A DNA stretch of 64,000 nucleotides, from NCBI RefSeq assembly GCF_009914755.1, contig NC_060945.1, one strand, 5' to 3'. A program made the position numbers and the translations under genes. Numbering within the stretch: the first letter of the stretch is position 1; each line of letters starts with the position of its first letter. Positions 1-16,134 of the stretch are shown piece by piece. Source of the stretch: the human T2T-CHM13v2.0 reference genome, Homo sapiens. The notes below the pieces were generated by a model. That model searched no databases. It was given only the letters and a program-made list of their open reading frames with translations, and had not been told where the DNA came from.

Positions 1-137
1 AGCTAATTTTTGTATTTTTAGTAGAGATGGGGTTTCACCATGTTGACCACGCTGGTCTCAAACTCCTGACCTCAGGTGATCCACCCACCTCAGCTTCCCA
101 ATGTGCTGGGACTACAGACGTGAGCTACTGTGCCTAG
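1..137 (-). mobile_element. Alu (S-type) left-arm portion, cut by window start
   Basis: gtatttttagtagagatggggtttcaccatg...gacctcaggtgatccacccacctc...gtgagctactgtgcc matches antisense Alu. Confidence 0.93.
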
Positions 138-852
138 TGGAGGATGGGTTTATATTGGGAAAAACCAATCTTATCAAATTTGGTGAAAACGACCACAGGA
201 TGCAACCCTCTGGCCTGGGACCCATCCCATCAAGTGGGTGGGGGCTGACAAGAAAACAACAGCGGCTCCTGGACAGCTCCCAGCAGGGCTCACTGCTCGG
301 GCCCGGCCTAGCGCTGAGTGGGGCTGTTCCTGGCCCGACAGCCTCCCGAGGCTGGCTGCCAACACCGCACCCTTCCCACCTGTGTCCTGGAAGTGCTCAG
401 AGGAAACATCTGCCCGGAACATGACATCAGTAAATCATTAATGAGACAGTCACTATATGACATAAATCCACTTAGCGGAGCCTCACCCTCACCTAGCAAC
501 TGGGTCACCAGCAAACTAACCACTTGGTGTGACTCTTCCATTAGGACTACATGGCCCCAGAGCCTGAGAGGCCAACGTTCCCAACCAGGGACTCCACCCT
601 TCTCCCAGAGAGAGGCAAAAACAAAACAATGTAACTGAAAACCAGGTTGTAAAAACCGGTGGAAGAGCTGGGAACAGTTAACAGGGTGTCTTTCACCTCT
701 GTGTGTAGGAGCCGAGGTGGAGCCGCCAGCTGTTCAAAGGATGCCCCCTCCTGGGGGGTAAGAGGGCTCGCCAGAGCCAGTGAGGTGGGTGGGCAGGGTC
801 CCTGTGCAGTGACACTGGTTGTTCCTGAGGCAAGCAGAACTCCTCCCCACCC

Positions 853-1193
<341 letters not shown>

Positions 1194-1276
1194 TCAGGCC
1201 ACAAGGCCAAGTCTGACTCGGGGATCTCCATCCCACACCCGCCATCAACAGCAAACACATTAAAACTAAATGCCAC

Positions 1277-1714
<438 letters not shown>

Positions 1715-2042
1715 TCACTTTCTATTCTACCATATGTGTTGAAAAGACCTATTTTTCCCTAACTGGCAGTGAAACATCATTAAATATATGTACACATATA
1801 TACACACACACAATATAGCATGTACACTTAACACACGTCCATGCATGAGTACTGAGAGAGCTTGGGCAAGTCAGGGAAGACCCTTATCTGAAGGACATAC
1901 CCTTGGTGCCATTTGGGAGAACAAACTCCTGTTACTAGCATCACAACAAAAACAGGTGGCAAGCTTTAAAGATAAACTCAAGACAGCGAGTGAAACTTCA
2001 GCAAATACGTGTTAATATGACCATGAGTAAAAGGCCCTTCCT

Positions 2043-2345
2043 GGCCAGGCGCGGTGGCTCACGCGTGTAATATCAGCACTTTCGGAGGTCGAGGCAGGAG
2101 GATCACCCGAGATCAGGAGTTCGAGACCAGCCTGGCCAATATGGTGAAACCCTGTCTCCACTAAAAATACAAAAATTAGTTGGGCGTGGTGGTGGGCGCC
2201 TGTAATCCCACCTACTTGGGAGGCTGAGGCAGGAGAATCACCTGAACCCAGGAGGTGGAGGTTGCAGTGAGCCTAGATTGTGCCTTTGCACTCCAGCCAG
2301 GGTGTTAAGAGTGAAACTCCACCTCAAAAAAAAAAAAAAAAAAAA
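2043..2345 (+). mobile_element. AluS with target-site duplication
   Basis: Full dimer and poly-A, flanked by aaaag(g/a)cccttcct. Confidence 0.95.
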
Positions 2346-2668
2346 GACCCTTCCTAAGAACAGCACTGTAACTCATGAGTTATTACTCAGATGCATCTGT
2401 CCATCTACCCACCAACTCAGGTCCTCTCCATACACGCCTGTAAGTCACTGGGCTACTGGGAAACTGCATGGGAACACCATGTTCGTGCAGCCTGTCCCCA
2501 CAGCCATCACTCCTCCCACAGCTCCTGGCTGCCCATGGCACTTCCCTGCAGCAAACTCAGCTGCTGACTTCATAAAAGGCACACAGCTGGACCTGTCTTC
2601 ACTCATCTGCTTCAATTTACAACAGATTCATCCACAAAACTGAAGTGGTAGAAACAGGTCTTTTTGAA

Positions 2669-2982
<314 letters not shown>

Positions 2983-3081
2983 ACAGGTCTTCCTGGGAGC
3001 ACCTAGACAAAGGCCTTTGTAAAGATATATTACAAAGGAATATTTCTAGTCGCCTCTTTTCCTCAAAATCACAGTCAAGTA

Positions 3082-3358
3082 AGCTGGGCATGGTGGCTCA
3101 CATCTGTAATCCCAGCAGTTTGGGAGGCCAAGGTGGGCAGATCACCTGAGGTTAGGAGTTTGAGACCAGCCTGCCCAACATGGTGAAACCCCATCTCTAC
3201 TAAAAATACAAAAATTAGCCGGGTGTGGTGGCGCATGCCTGTAATCCCAGCTACTTGGGAGCCTACCCAGGAGGCAGAGGTTGCAGTGAGCCAAGATTGT
3301 GCCAGTGCACGCCAGCCTGGGTGACAGAGCAAAACTCTGTCTCAGGAAAAAAAAAAAT
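3082..3358 (+). mobile_element. AluS with target-site duplication and small right-arm deletion
   Basis: Flanked by atcacagtcaagtaa on both sides. Confidence 0.93.
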
Positions 3359-3782
3359 ATCACAGTCAAGTAAAAAGAAACGCAACTAAAAGAGCTGTCA
3401 GTTAAATACATTCCTCTCTAATGGCAGGACTAGTCTATAAGATTTGTTTTGTTTTTAATTTAGAGTTTTTTTAATGTTTAAACCTTGTGAAACATCAAAT
3501 TATATGCTGAAGCTGTTACTTTCTGTCAAAAAAAGTGAGTTTTTAATATGAAAATTCTGCTTAGGTTAAATTTTTTTTTAAAAAGCAAGTTTTATACATC
3601 TGCGTGAATTGTTTCCTTTAGCACTAGTCAAACAGACTCCATAACCTTCCAAAGAAGTGCCTTCATTTATTTATGGGGCTTAGGACAGGAAAAAAGCTCT
3701 GGAAAAGGGAAATTTCAAAATAGGGCTTCAGCAGCGGCCCAGGTGGAGTGAGTAGTTTTGATAAGGTCTGGGTGGGACTCAC

Positions 3783-4068
<286 letters not shown>

Positions 4069-4442
4069 CTACCTACCTGCGAGGTGGCTTTTGCAGCCTG
4101 GCAAACGCTCCCCAAGGCCACCATGCCTATGTGTACAGCCTTGTTGTTATTGTGGACAGTGTTCTCCCCTCAGAAGCTGACATTTTATACAGGTCACCAG
4201 ATCAAATTTGGCAATGACTCGTTTTATAAGGTCAATATGTATTTACAATTACTCACATTATCTTGAGTTCTCACCGCTGTTGTGTCCTTCCTGAATTTTC
4301 ATGTCGCATTGGGTCAGCTTCTCTTCTGCCTTTGGAGTCCCTGTTTAATATTACCTTTAGGGGCAGTCTGTCGGTAGCATATTTTTCCAATTTTTGCTTT
4401 TGGAAGAAGGCTTTGCTTCAACCCAGTGGTGAGCACATGTGA

Positions 4443-4764
<322 letters not shown>

Positions 4765-4982
4765 CTTCCTCTCCTTTTTTTTTTCCCCAAAAGAAACGCG
4801 GAGTTGGAGACAGACTTATTAGCATTGAAGGGAGAGATCTGATGAAGAGAAATGGGGCCACATTGAGGCAGTGTCCTGGGAGGAGCTGTGGTTTTTACGT
4901 CTGTCGCTGTTAGGGGGAAAGATGTGGACCAGGGTGGTAGCCAGTGGGCTAAGGGTGAGGCTCCCACCTCACAGGGAGGTGG

Positions 4983-5773
4983 AGAGAAAGACATGGAGAC
5001 AGAGAGACAGAGACAGAGAGGCAGAAACAGACAGACCCACAGAGAGAGAGGGAAACAGAGATGAAGAGACAGAAACACACAGACAGACAGTGATAGAAAA
5101 AGGGAGACACAGAAATAGAGGGACAGATACAGAGATGGAGAGAAAGACAGAGACAGATAGACACTAAGAGAGACACAGAGAGAGAAAGAGATGGAGACAG
5201 AGAGACAGAGACAGAGAAGCAGAAACAGAGACAGATACATAGAGAGAGCGAGACAGAGATGAAGAGACAGAAACACAGAGAGACAGTGATAGAAAGGGAG
5301 ACACAGAAACAGAGGGACAGATACAGAGATGGAGAGAAAGACAGAGACAGACAGAGAGACACTAAGAGAGACACAGAAAGAGATGGAGACAGAGAGACAG
5401 AGACAGGCAGAAACAGAGACAGACACACAGAGAGAGGGAGACAGAGATGAAGAGACAGAAACACACAGAGAGACAGTGATAGAAAGAGGGAGACACAGAA
5501 ACAGAGGGACAGATACAGAGATGGAGAGAAAGACAGAGACAGACAGAGAGACACTAAGAGAGACACAGAGAGAGAAAGAGATGGAGACAGAGAAGCAGAA
5601 ACAGAGACAGACAGAGAGAGAGAGGGAGACAGAGATGAAGAGACAGCAACACACAGAGAGATAGTGATAGAAAGAGGGAGACACAGAAACAGAGGGACAG
5701 ATACAAAGAAAGAGAGACACTAAGAGAGACACAGAGAGAGAAAGACTGACATATACATAGAAAGAGGGAGAGA
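4983..5773. repeat. GA/CA-rich complex repeat with ~190-bp higher-order period (~4 copies)
   Basis: (c/t)agtgatagaaa recurs at ~5088, 5284, 5475, 5662; acactaagag at ~5161, 5358, 5551, 5717. Confidence 0.9.
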
Positions 5774-6108
<335 letters not shown>

Positions 6109-6737
6109 TTAGAGACATGGGGGATTTTCAGGTAAGGTGTTAGGATATGAAAGCAATGTCCTCTTCCCCTGGGGAGAGGCTAAAATAGGGAGAGATGGGG
6201 AAGGAAATCCTTGAGGGAGCCCCAGGCATTAGTCCAACCAGGAGCACTAAGGGCCAGAACCAGAACATGTTACTTGGCCTGAGTGTGACTTCTGGTGTAA
6301 GAAAAACAGACCCTGAAGGTCTTTGTGAAACTTTAGTTTCTCCTTCTAAAGAAATGCCTGTTTATTTTACAGATGCAAAGGGTAACCACATTAATTCCAA
6401 GGCAGTTTTCCAAAGTATTATAATGATCCCAACAAGAAAATGGCATTTCAGTTCAAATGTTACTGAGTTCCAGGGAAACGGTTAGATACCCAGGCTGTGG
6501 AACTGGGTTGGATGCAGGACTCAGGATCCAGAGACAAGGAAGGCAGCATCATAAGTCAGCCACCCATAAATGCAATATTATAATAGTCCCAATTTCTTTT
6601 TGAGGTTTGTTCCAATCAACAGCAACTGAAACACAACTCAGAGTAAGTTAGGCAGAGAAAGAAAATTGTTGAACTAATATAACTGTGAGATCCTATGATG
6701 GAGCTGACCTCAGGATTCCCAAGGACTTAAGAAATCT

Positions 6738-6738
6738 C

Positions 6739-6778
<40 letters not shown>

Positions 6779-7250
6779 GACATAGATAGAGAAAAAAATA
6801 GATATAGATAGAATAAATAGATGATAAATACATAGGATAGATAGATAAATAGCTAGATGATAGGTAATATATATAGATATGTAGATGTTTAATAGATACA
6901 TAAAATAGGTAGATAAATAGGATGGATAGATACATAATTGATAGATAACTAGGACAGATAGATACATGATAGATACATTGATACACAGGATAGATAAATG
7001 ATAGGTAGATAGATAAGATGGATAGATACATAGATAAATAGATTAGATAGGAGAGATGATAGGTAGATAGATAGATAGATAGTTAGAATAAGATGGTTGA
7101 TAGTCACATAGAATAAGATGGATGATAGATAGATGATAGAGAGAGGGATAGAAAGATAGGATAGATGATGGGTAGATGGTTAGATAGATAGGATAGATGA
7201 TAGATAGATAATAGATAGATGGAATAAATATCGTATAACTGCATAAACAA
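6738..7250. repeat. Degenerate (GATA/TAGA)n simple repeat
   Basis: Perfect (TAGA)n at the start, degenerate afterwards. Confidence 0.95.
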
Positions 7251-7269
7251 ATGTATGGAAATAAGCAAA

Positions 7270-7900
7270 TAATCATGACTTAAATAAGATGGAAGTTTGT
7301 TTCTCTCTGATATGATAGGAGGCCAGAACAAGGGGTCCAGGTTATTGTACAGATTCAAGATGTCAGGCATTTTGAATGTTGTTGCTCCACTATTTTAGTA
7401 TGTGACTTTCTACTCATGGTTCAATATGGTGGCATGGTCTCCAGCCCTCACATCTCCATTGCAGCTAGCAGCAAAAGGAGAGGGAAGAGTTCACATTCAC
7501 TTTTTTACAAAATTAAAGAGATTTTTATGGTCTTAATACATTCCTACTTACTTCTCATGAGCTCAAAGTTCATCATACAGTCACACAGAGCTGCAAGGGA
7601 GTCTAGGAAAAACAGTCTCAAAAAGTAGAGGTGGACAGCTTCTCAGGGATCTCCCAAGTTCTGATGACTCTCTCAACTCTCTGCTTCTCTCTGGGTTCCA
7701 GACTAGATTCTCTCAGAAAAAGTCTTGGAATATAGGATGGAAAAAAAAAATCCAGCTGCTGTAGCTATAGATTCACAGTCTGAGCTTCTCCCACCACCCT
7801 CTCAGTCTTTGCTGATCAAATTCAGGGGAAGGTTAACTAGCCTGTCTTGAACCATATGTCTATCTCTGGGATAATCTCTGCACCTGAGAAAGGCTGGCTT
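7270..7900 (-). mobile_element. Old MaLR LTR fragments (MLT1-like)
   Basis: gacttaaataagatggaagtttgtttctctc and cagtcacacagagctgcaagggagtctaggaaa resemble MLT1 LTR segments. Confidence 0.45.
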
Positions 7901-8383
7901 CTCAGAGCAGATGATTTTGTTGTTGTTGTTGTTAAACTTTAAAAGATGAATCAGATGTTACAATGACTCAGGGCTGGGCAGGCAAACTCAGGGAACTAGG
8001 AAATTGATGATGGAGTCAGAGATTGAGGTGCTGGGTGTGATGTGATGAAGTACAGACAGAGAGGCCACATCTTTCCATGTGTGAATTTATGAAAGATCTC
8101 AGACACTTAGGTAAGGATCCTGAACTATTCTCTGCAGTTGATGAGAAACCACCAACATTTTGTGACCAGTCATGTCAACATTTATGCTTATACATATTAA
8201 ATAGGTCTAAATGTGTTTAGACCTATTACCTTGGAACCCATGCATAGGATGGATGAGAAGGGATGGCACTGAAGATGGAAGCCTGGAGACTCTGGCATGG
8301 GATGGATGGTGGTAATGGAGTCTTTGAACCTGGAGCATGGAGTGGGAAGGAAGAAGTGAGAAGGCATTCAAAGTCACCAGTGA

Positions 8384-8746
<363 letters not shown>

Positions 8747-9069
8747 TCACCACAGAAGCAAACTGTTGTGTCTCTTTGATGTTGAGGGAAAAATCAAACG
8801 TGACTTCAGAGCTCTAACCTGAAAGGTTGAGTGGGAAACAAACTCCCAATAAAAGAACATAAATTATGTCTGGGGGAGAAAAGAAGACAAAGTTGAGTTC
8901 AGCCTTTGCTTTATTGATTCTTCTTCTGAAGGAGGTTCTTCTAAAACAGGGAGTCACATTTAGCCTTTGCTCGTTCTTCTCCTCTTCCCAAAGGGGTTCT
9001 TCTAAATGTTGGGCTGAACTAGGGCTCAAACATAAGCTTCCTTCTCTCTCCAGGGGATCTCACTCAGCC

Positions 9070-9560
9070 CCAGGACTTGACACATCCACTCAAAATCCTA
9101 AATTCCCATCTCTGGCTTTGACATCTTTTCTCTACTTCAGATTCATGCATGTAACTGTATGCTCAACTTCTCAGCTCAGATAAATGATTAGGGCTTCCAA
9201 GTTAACCCATCCCAAACCATCTGGAAAGCCTTCACTGGATTCACCACCACCCCTGAGAAGTGTTTTGGCAGAAGACTTTGGAAACTTTGAACTCTTCTTT
9301 CTCTCATCTCCCCCTTATACAATTCATTGGCAAGTCTCTTGAATGACCTCAAACATTTGTCAAATTGGATCAGATTTTCCTGCCTTTGCTTTCTTCACCC
9401 TCATGCATGACATATGTCATCTGGATCATAGCCACATCCTCTTGATTGATCTCTTGGCTTCTGTCCTGGTTTCTGCTTTGATCCTGGAATTATTCTTAAG
9501 CAGAGAAATCTTTCAAAAATAGAGATGATTTTTAGCTTGTGGTCCTCATCCCTTGCTAAT
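9070..9560 (+). mobile_element. L2 fragment (further pieces near 9975-10090 and 12020-12310)
   Basis: Degenerate pyrimidine-rich L2-like sequence; the piece near 12180 has L2 3'-end-like aagctttagagggcagag. Confidence 0.45.
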
Positions 9561-9579
9561 GACTAAATAGCAAAGTTTC

Positions 9580-9969
9580 CCAAAATTTGTATGTTGAAGG
9601 CCTAACCCCTACTAGTCATGTCCCTCCAAAATGCACCATATGGAAACCCTAATCCCCAATGGGATGATATTAGGAGGTGAAGTCTCTGGAGGTGATGAGG
9701 TTTAGATGAGGTCATGAGGATGGGTCCTTCATGACGGGATTAGTATCCTTATAAGAAGAGCGAGAGACACAAAAGTGCTCTCTCTCTCTCTCTCTTTCTC
9801 TCTCTGAACGCACCATCTGTGAACCAGCAAGAGGACCCACTCCAGACAATAAATCTGCCATACCTTGATCTCGGACTTCCCCATCTCCAGAACTGTGAGA
9901 AATCAATGGCTGTTACTTAAGCCACCCAGTCTATAATTTTTGTTATGGCAACCCGAGCTGAATAAGACA
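9580..9969 (+). mobile_element. MaLR solo LTR (MLT1A-like)
   Basis: ttagatgaggtcatgagg...gggattagtatccttataaga...ctccagaactgtgagaaat...ttaagccacccagtcta...aagaca end. Confidence 0.85.
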
Positions 9970-10307
9970 TCCCTCATTGCCACTCAAAACCCGCCAATAA
10001 TTTCACATCGAAGTCAGAATACAATCTAACTACTTCCCTATGGCTTCTTTGTAACTCTGCCCCTGGTCACTTGCTCCAACTGGGACTCTGTGGTCCCAAT
10101 AAAATAACGTAAATTATGTCTGGGGAAGAAAAGAAGACAAAGTTGAGTTCAGCCTTTGCTTTACTGATTCTTCTTCTGAAGGGGGTTCTTCTAAAACAAG
10201 GAGTCATCACGTTTAGCCTTTGCTTGTTCTTCTTTGCTGCCCCCTTGGGCATCCCCCCAGTCATGCCAAATTCATTCCTGCTGCAGACCTCCAGTACATT
10301 ACTCCTT

Positions 10308-10839
10308 CTGTGAGTGTCCTCTGGCCGCCATCACCAATGATCACATTCGTATTGGCTTAAAGCAACACAAATGTATTGTCTTACAGTGTTGTAGTTTTGA
10401 AGCCCACCCTGGGTCTCACTGGCCTAAAACCAAGGTGTCAGCAAAACTTCCCTCTTGATGCAAGTTCTGGGGGAGAATCAGTTTCCTTGCCATTTCCTGC
10501 TTCTAGGGGAATGTTTCTAGAGTATTCCTTGGCTCCTGGACCCTTCCTTGAACTTCAGAGCCAGTAGTGCAGCATCTTCTAATTTCTCTGTGACTCTGAC
10601 CTTTGCTTTTGTCCTAACATCACCTCCTCTGGCTCTGGCACTCCTGCCTCCCTCTTACAAAGATCCTGTGATGATCTTAGACCCAGCTGGATAATCCAGG
10701 GTCATTTCATCTCATGATTCTTAAACTAATCACATCTGCAAAATCTTTTTAGCCATGACAGGTTTTTACAGATTTCTAGAATTAGGATGTGGATATTTTT
10801 TTGAGGGGGGGAAGGGGGTGCTTACTCTGTCAACCCACA
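10308..10839 (-). mobile_element. MaLR solo LTR (MLT1B/C-like)
   Basis: ggcttaaagcaacacaaatgtattgtcttacag...caaggtgtcagca...ggataatccagg...taatcacatctgcaaa, ending in caca. Confidence 0.85.
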
Positions 10840-11968
10840 TGGGGATTAGGATGTAGACATCCTTGGGGCCATTATTCTGTCTGCTACCTAGTATTAGGCC
10901 ATGGACATCTTTGGGACCATTATTCTCTGTATCACATGAGGAGTAGGACATGGGTATCTTTGGGACCATTATTCTGTCTCCCACATGGGGATTAGGATGT
11001 GGACATCTTTGGGGCCATTATTCTGTCTGCCACGTGGGGATAAGGATGTGTACATCTTTGAGGCCATTATTCTGTCTACCACATGGGGATTAGTATGTGG
11101 ACATCTTTGGGGTCATTATTCTGTCTACCACATGGGGATTAGGACGTGGACATCTTTGGGGCCATTATTCTGTCTGCCACGTGGGGATTAGGATGTGTAC
11201 ATCTTTGGGGCCATTATTCTGTCTATCACATGGGGATTAGGATGTGGACATCTTTGGGGCCATTATTCTGTCTGCCACATGGGGATTAGGATGTGTACAT
11301 CTTTGGGGCCATTATTCTGTCTATCACATGAGGATTAGGACGTGGACATCTTTGGGGCCATTATTCTGTCTGCCACATGGGATTAGGACATGGACATATT
11401 TGAGGCCATTATTCTGTCTACCAAATGGAGATTAGGATGTGGACATCTTTGGGGCCATTATTCTGTCTCCCACATGAGGATTAGGATGTGGACATCTTTG
11501 AGGCCATTATTCTGTCTCCCACATGGGATTAGGATGTGAAGATCTTTGGGAACATTATTGTTTTCACCACATGGGATTAGGACATGGACATCTTTGGGGC
11601 CATTATTCTGTCTACCACACGGGATTAGGATGTGGACATCTTTGGGACCACTATTCTGTCTACCTCATGGGGATTAGGATATGGACATCTCTGGGACCAT
11701 TATTCTGTCTACCACATGGGAAATAGGATGTTGGTCACATCTTTAGGATCATTATTCTGTCTCCCACATGGGGATTAGGATGTGGACATTTTTGGGGCCA
11801 TTATTCTGTCTACCACATGGGGATTAGGACATGGACATCTCTGGGGACATTATTCTGTCTACCACATGGGGAATAGGATATTGGTAACATCTTTAGGGCC
11901 ATTATTCTGTCTACCACATGGGGATTAGGACATGGATATCTTTGGGGCCATTATTCCGTCTACCACGA
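10840..11968. repeat. 49-bp minisatellite (~23 copies) derived from the LTR terminus
   Basis: Unit tggggattaggatgtggacatctttggggccattattctgtctaccaca; about 23 cattattc cores counted. Confidence 0.95.
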
Positions 11969-12363
11969 GATAATTACAACTTGGACATCTTTGGTGAAAT
12001 CACGTTGTCTTCGTCCTTTCTTATTCTTAGAATTCTCCTAGTGACAAGCGTCTTCTTCTTCCTCAACTTCTTCTTCCTCAGCATTCCTATGGGGCCTCCA
12101 ACACTCACCAGACAGCTCCCTGACTGCATTACCCTAGATTGTATTTGACCAAGATTCTCGGGTTTTTCTTGGTTTCTCCAAGCAGAATGGAAGCTTTAGA
12201 GGGCAGAGTGTTTGTTACTCTTTCTTATTCTAATTGTGTATTCTTATTTATTGACGTGTCTCCAGCTTTCAAGGCAGAGTCTCACCCATTAGGTCTTCTA
12301 TATACAATTAAATTTACCTAGAAAGTATTTCCTTCTTATTTAAAACTTTTTAAAAGTAAATTC

Positions 12364-12472
12364 ATGTATACATATGTAACCAACCTGCATGTCGTGCACA
12401 TGTACCCTAAAACTTAAAGTATAATAATAATAAAATTTTTAAAAAAGAAAGATAACAACCAAAAAACAACAA
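12364..12472 (+). mobile_element. Very short 5'-truncated L1PA 3' end with target-site duplication
   Basis: atgtatacatatgtaaccaacctgcatgtcgtgcacatgtaccctaaaacttaaagtataat plus A-tail, flanked by aaaagtaaattc. Confidence 0.85.
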
Positions 12473-12596
12473 AAAAGTAAATTCCAAAATTTCTATATCA
12501 CATTACAAATTCACATGCCACCCACGAAGAATACATTTGCAAAATAAATGATGTCTTGAGACGAAATGAGTTTTCAATGAAGATTTTAGAGACTCT

Positions 12597-12902
12597 TTAT
12601 TTTTATTTTTATTTTTATTTTTTAGACAGAGTCTCACTCTGTCACCCTGGCTGTAGTGCAGTGGCGTGATCTCGGCTCACCACAACCTCTGCCTCCCGGG
12701 TTCAAGCAATTCTCTGCCTCAGCCTCCCGAGCAGATGAGATTACAGGAACCCTCCACCTTGTCCGGCTAATTTTTGTATTTTTAGTAGACACAGGTTTCA
12801 CCTTCTTGGCCAGGCTGGTCTTGACCTCCTGACCTCAGGTAATCCACCCACCTCGGCCTCCCAGAGTGCTAGGATTACAGATGTGAGCCACCGTGCCTGG
12901 CC
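12597..12902 (-). mobile_element. AluS
   Basis: (TTTTTA)n tail then antisense dimer. Confidence 0.93.
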
Positions 12903-13269
12903 GAGACTTTTTAATACATGCTTTGGTTCTAATAAAGTTCCCCATTGAGCTGTTTGGACAGATGACAGGGAAGAAATCATTTACAATTCTCTTAACAAAA
13001 CCCCCGTAAAGAATAACCCATTTCCCCCCAAATAGGAAAGGGAACTATTTCACCCTGCTCTTTGAGGAAATTGAATAAATAGTAAATGAAGTTCTGTCTG
13101 TACAGGAAGTGTGGGTACTTGGCATTACATCTAGACAAGTAAAGACACAAGTGTTTTCTTCCAAATGAATGACATGTTTAAAAACCTTCATCACCACCCT
13201 CTCTGTGATTACAAGTTTTGAGTGCCTTTTAACCACTGGGTGCTAGAAGCAAATTTCCATGTGAACACA

Positions 13270-13545
13270 CCCTCCTTCTTCTTCTCCTCCTGCTCCTCCC
13301 GCTCCTCCTCCTCCTTTTCTCCTTGTCCTTCTTCTTCTTCCTCTTCTTCCTCTTCCTCCTCTCCTTCTCCTTCTTCTCCCTCTTCTCCCTCTTCCTCTTC
13401 TTCCTCCTCTCCTTCTCCTTCTTTTTCCCCTTCCCCTTCCCCTTCTTCCTCCTCCTCCTCCTTCTCCTCCTCCTCCTCCTCCTCTTCTTCTTCTTCTTCT
13501 TCTTCTTCTCCTTCTCCTTCTCCTTCTCCTCCTTCTCCTTCTTCA
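13270..13545. repeat. Polypyrimidine (TTC/TCC/CT) tract
   Basis: About 275 bp almost entirely C/T. Confidence 0.95.
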
Positions 13546-13990
13546 CTTCAAGTTATGGTATACATTTGCAGAACGTGCAGGTTTGTTACATAGGTATACA
13601 TGTGCCATGGTGGTTTGCTGCACCTATCAACCCATCATCTAGGTTTTAAGCCCTGCCTGCATTATGTATTTGTCCTAATGCTGCCCCTCCCCTTTCCCCC
13701 AACCCCCAGACAAGCCCCAGTGTGTTATGTTCCCCTCTCTGTGTCCACGTGTTCTCATTGTTCAACTCCCTCTTATGAGTGAGAACATGGGGTGTTTGGT
13801 TTTCTGTTCCTGTGTTAGTTTGCTGAGAATGATGGCTTCCAGCTTCATCCATGTCCCTGCAAAGGACATGAATGCATCCCTTTTTATGGCTGCATAGTAT
13901 TCCATGGTGTCTATGTGCCACATTTTCTTTATCCAGTTTATCACTGATGGGCATTTGGGTTGGTTCCAAGTCTTTGCTGTTGTGAATAGG
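13546..13990 (-). mobile_element. L1PA (older primate) 3' end
   Basis: cagaacgtgcaggtttgttacataggtatacatgtgccatgg; ORF 13762-14022 gives the L1 ORF2 C-terminal peptide [11 protein letters not shown]...MEYYAAIK. Confidence 0.92.
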
Positions 13991-14193
13991 AGCACATCCT
14001 CCTGATTCAACAATGAGATCATCGTCCACTGTTCTGTTCAGGAGTACAGAAAGGTCCCAGGCTGCTAAGACAATCTCGAATTCTCTCAACACCCCACAGC
14101 TTGTCAATACTGGAGGTATTCTGGTGATTTTTTTTTTTTGGAAAGTGGCTATTTATATATCACAAGGTTTCTTGATTACAAAAGCAGTCAACT

Positions 14194-14753
<560 letters not shown>

Positions 14754-14995
14754 CTACCTGCTCTCTTTCCCCATTCCTGTTACATAGATTACTTCTTACC
14801 TCCCCAGGTACCCTGGAAGGTCAGAGTCTTCCCTTCTTCCTTCTATTTAAATAAAACAATATGAGAAAACTGCTTGACAGGTGGTTCCAAGCATCAGTGG
14901 GGTGAAAAAACAATATTCTTCGTGATGTGGGTAACACCAGGAAAAAAAAAATCAGTGTCTCTTGTCCATAGGTTCTCATCATTTAGCTCTCACTT

Positions 14996-15642
<647 letters not shown>

Positions 15643-15643
<1 letters not shown>

Positions 15644-15960
15644 CTCCCACTTTTAAATGAAAACGTGTGGTATTTAGTTTTCTGTTCCTGCATTGGTTTG
15701 CTAAGCATACCATAGCTCCAGCTGTGTTCCTGCAAAAGATATGAGCTCATCCTTTTTTATGGCTGCATAGTATCCCATGCATATGTGGCACATTTTCTTT
15801 AAGGGTGCAGGTTGGGAGGAGGGACTGGATCAGAAAAAAATAACTTATTGTGTACAAAGTTTGTACCTGGGTGACAAAATAATCTGTACAACAAAACCCT
15901 ATGACATGAGTTTACCTATATAACAAACCCACACATGTACCCCTGGACCTAAAATAAAAG
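15643..15960. mobile_element. Old primate L1 3' fragment with internal inversion (minus to 15800, plus afterwards)
   Basis: gtttgctaagcat...ttatggctgcatagta (antisense L1) joined at cattttcttt|aagggtg to a sense 3' UTR ending in aaataaaag. Confidence 0.75.
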
Positions 15961-16134
15961 TGTTTTTGTTTGTTTGTTTTTTTGTTTTTGTTGTGTTTGT
16001 ATGTTTGTTTGAGATGGAGTCTCTGCCTTTGTTGCTCAGGCCAGAGTACAGTGGTGCAATCTTGGCTCACTGCAACCTCCACCTCCCAGAAAAAGAAAGC
16101 AAATACGGCAAACAGCATCAGCTTTTTAGAAGAA

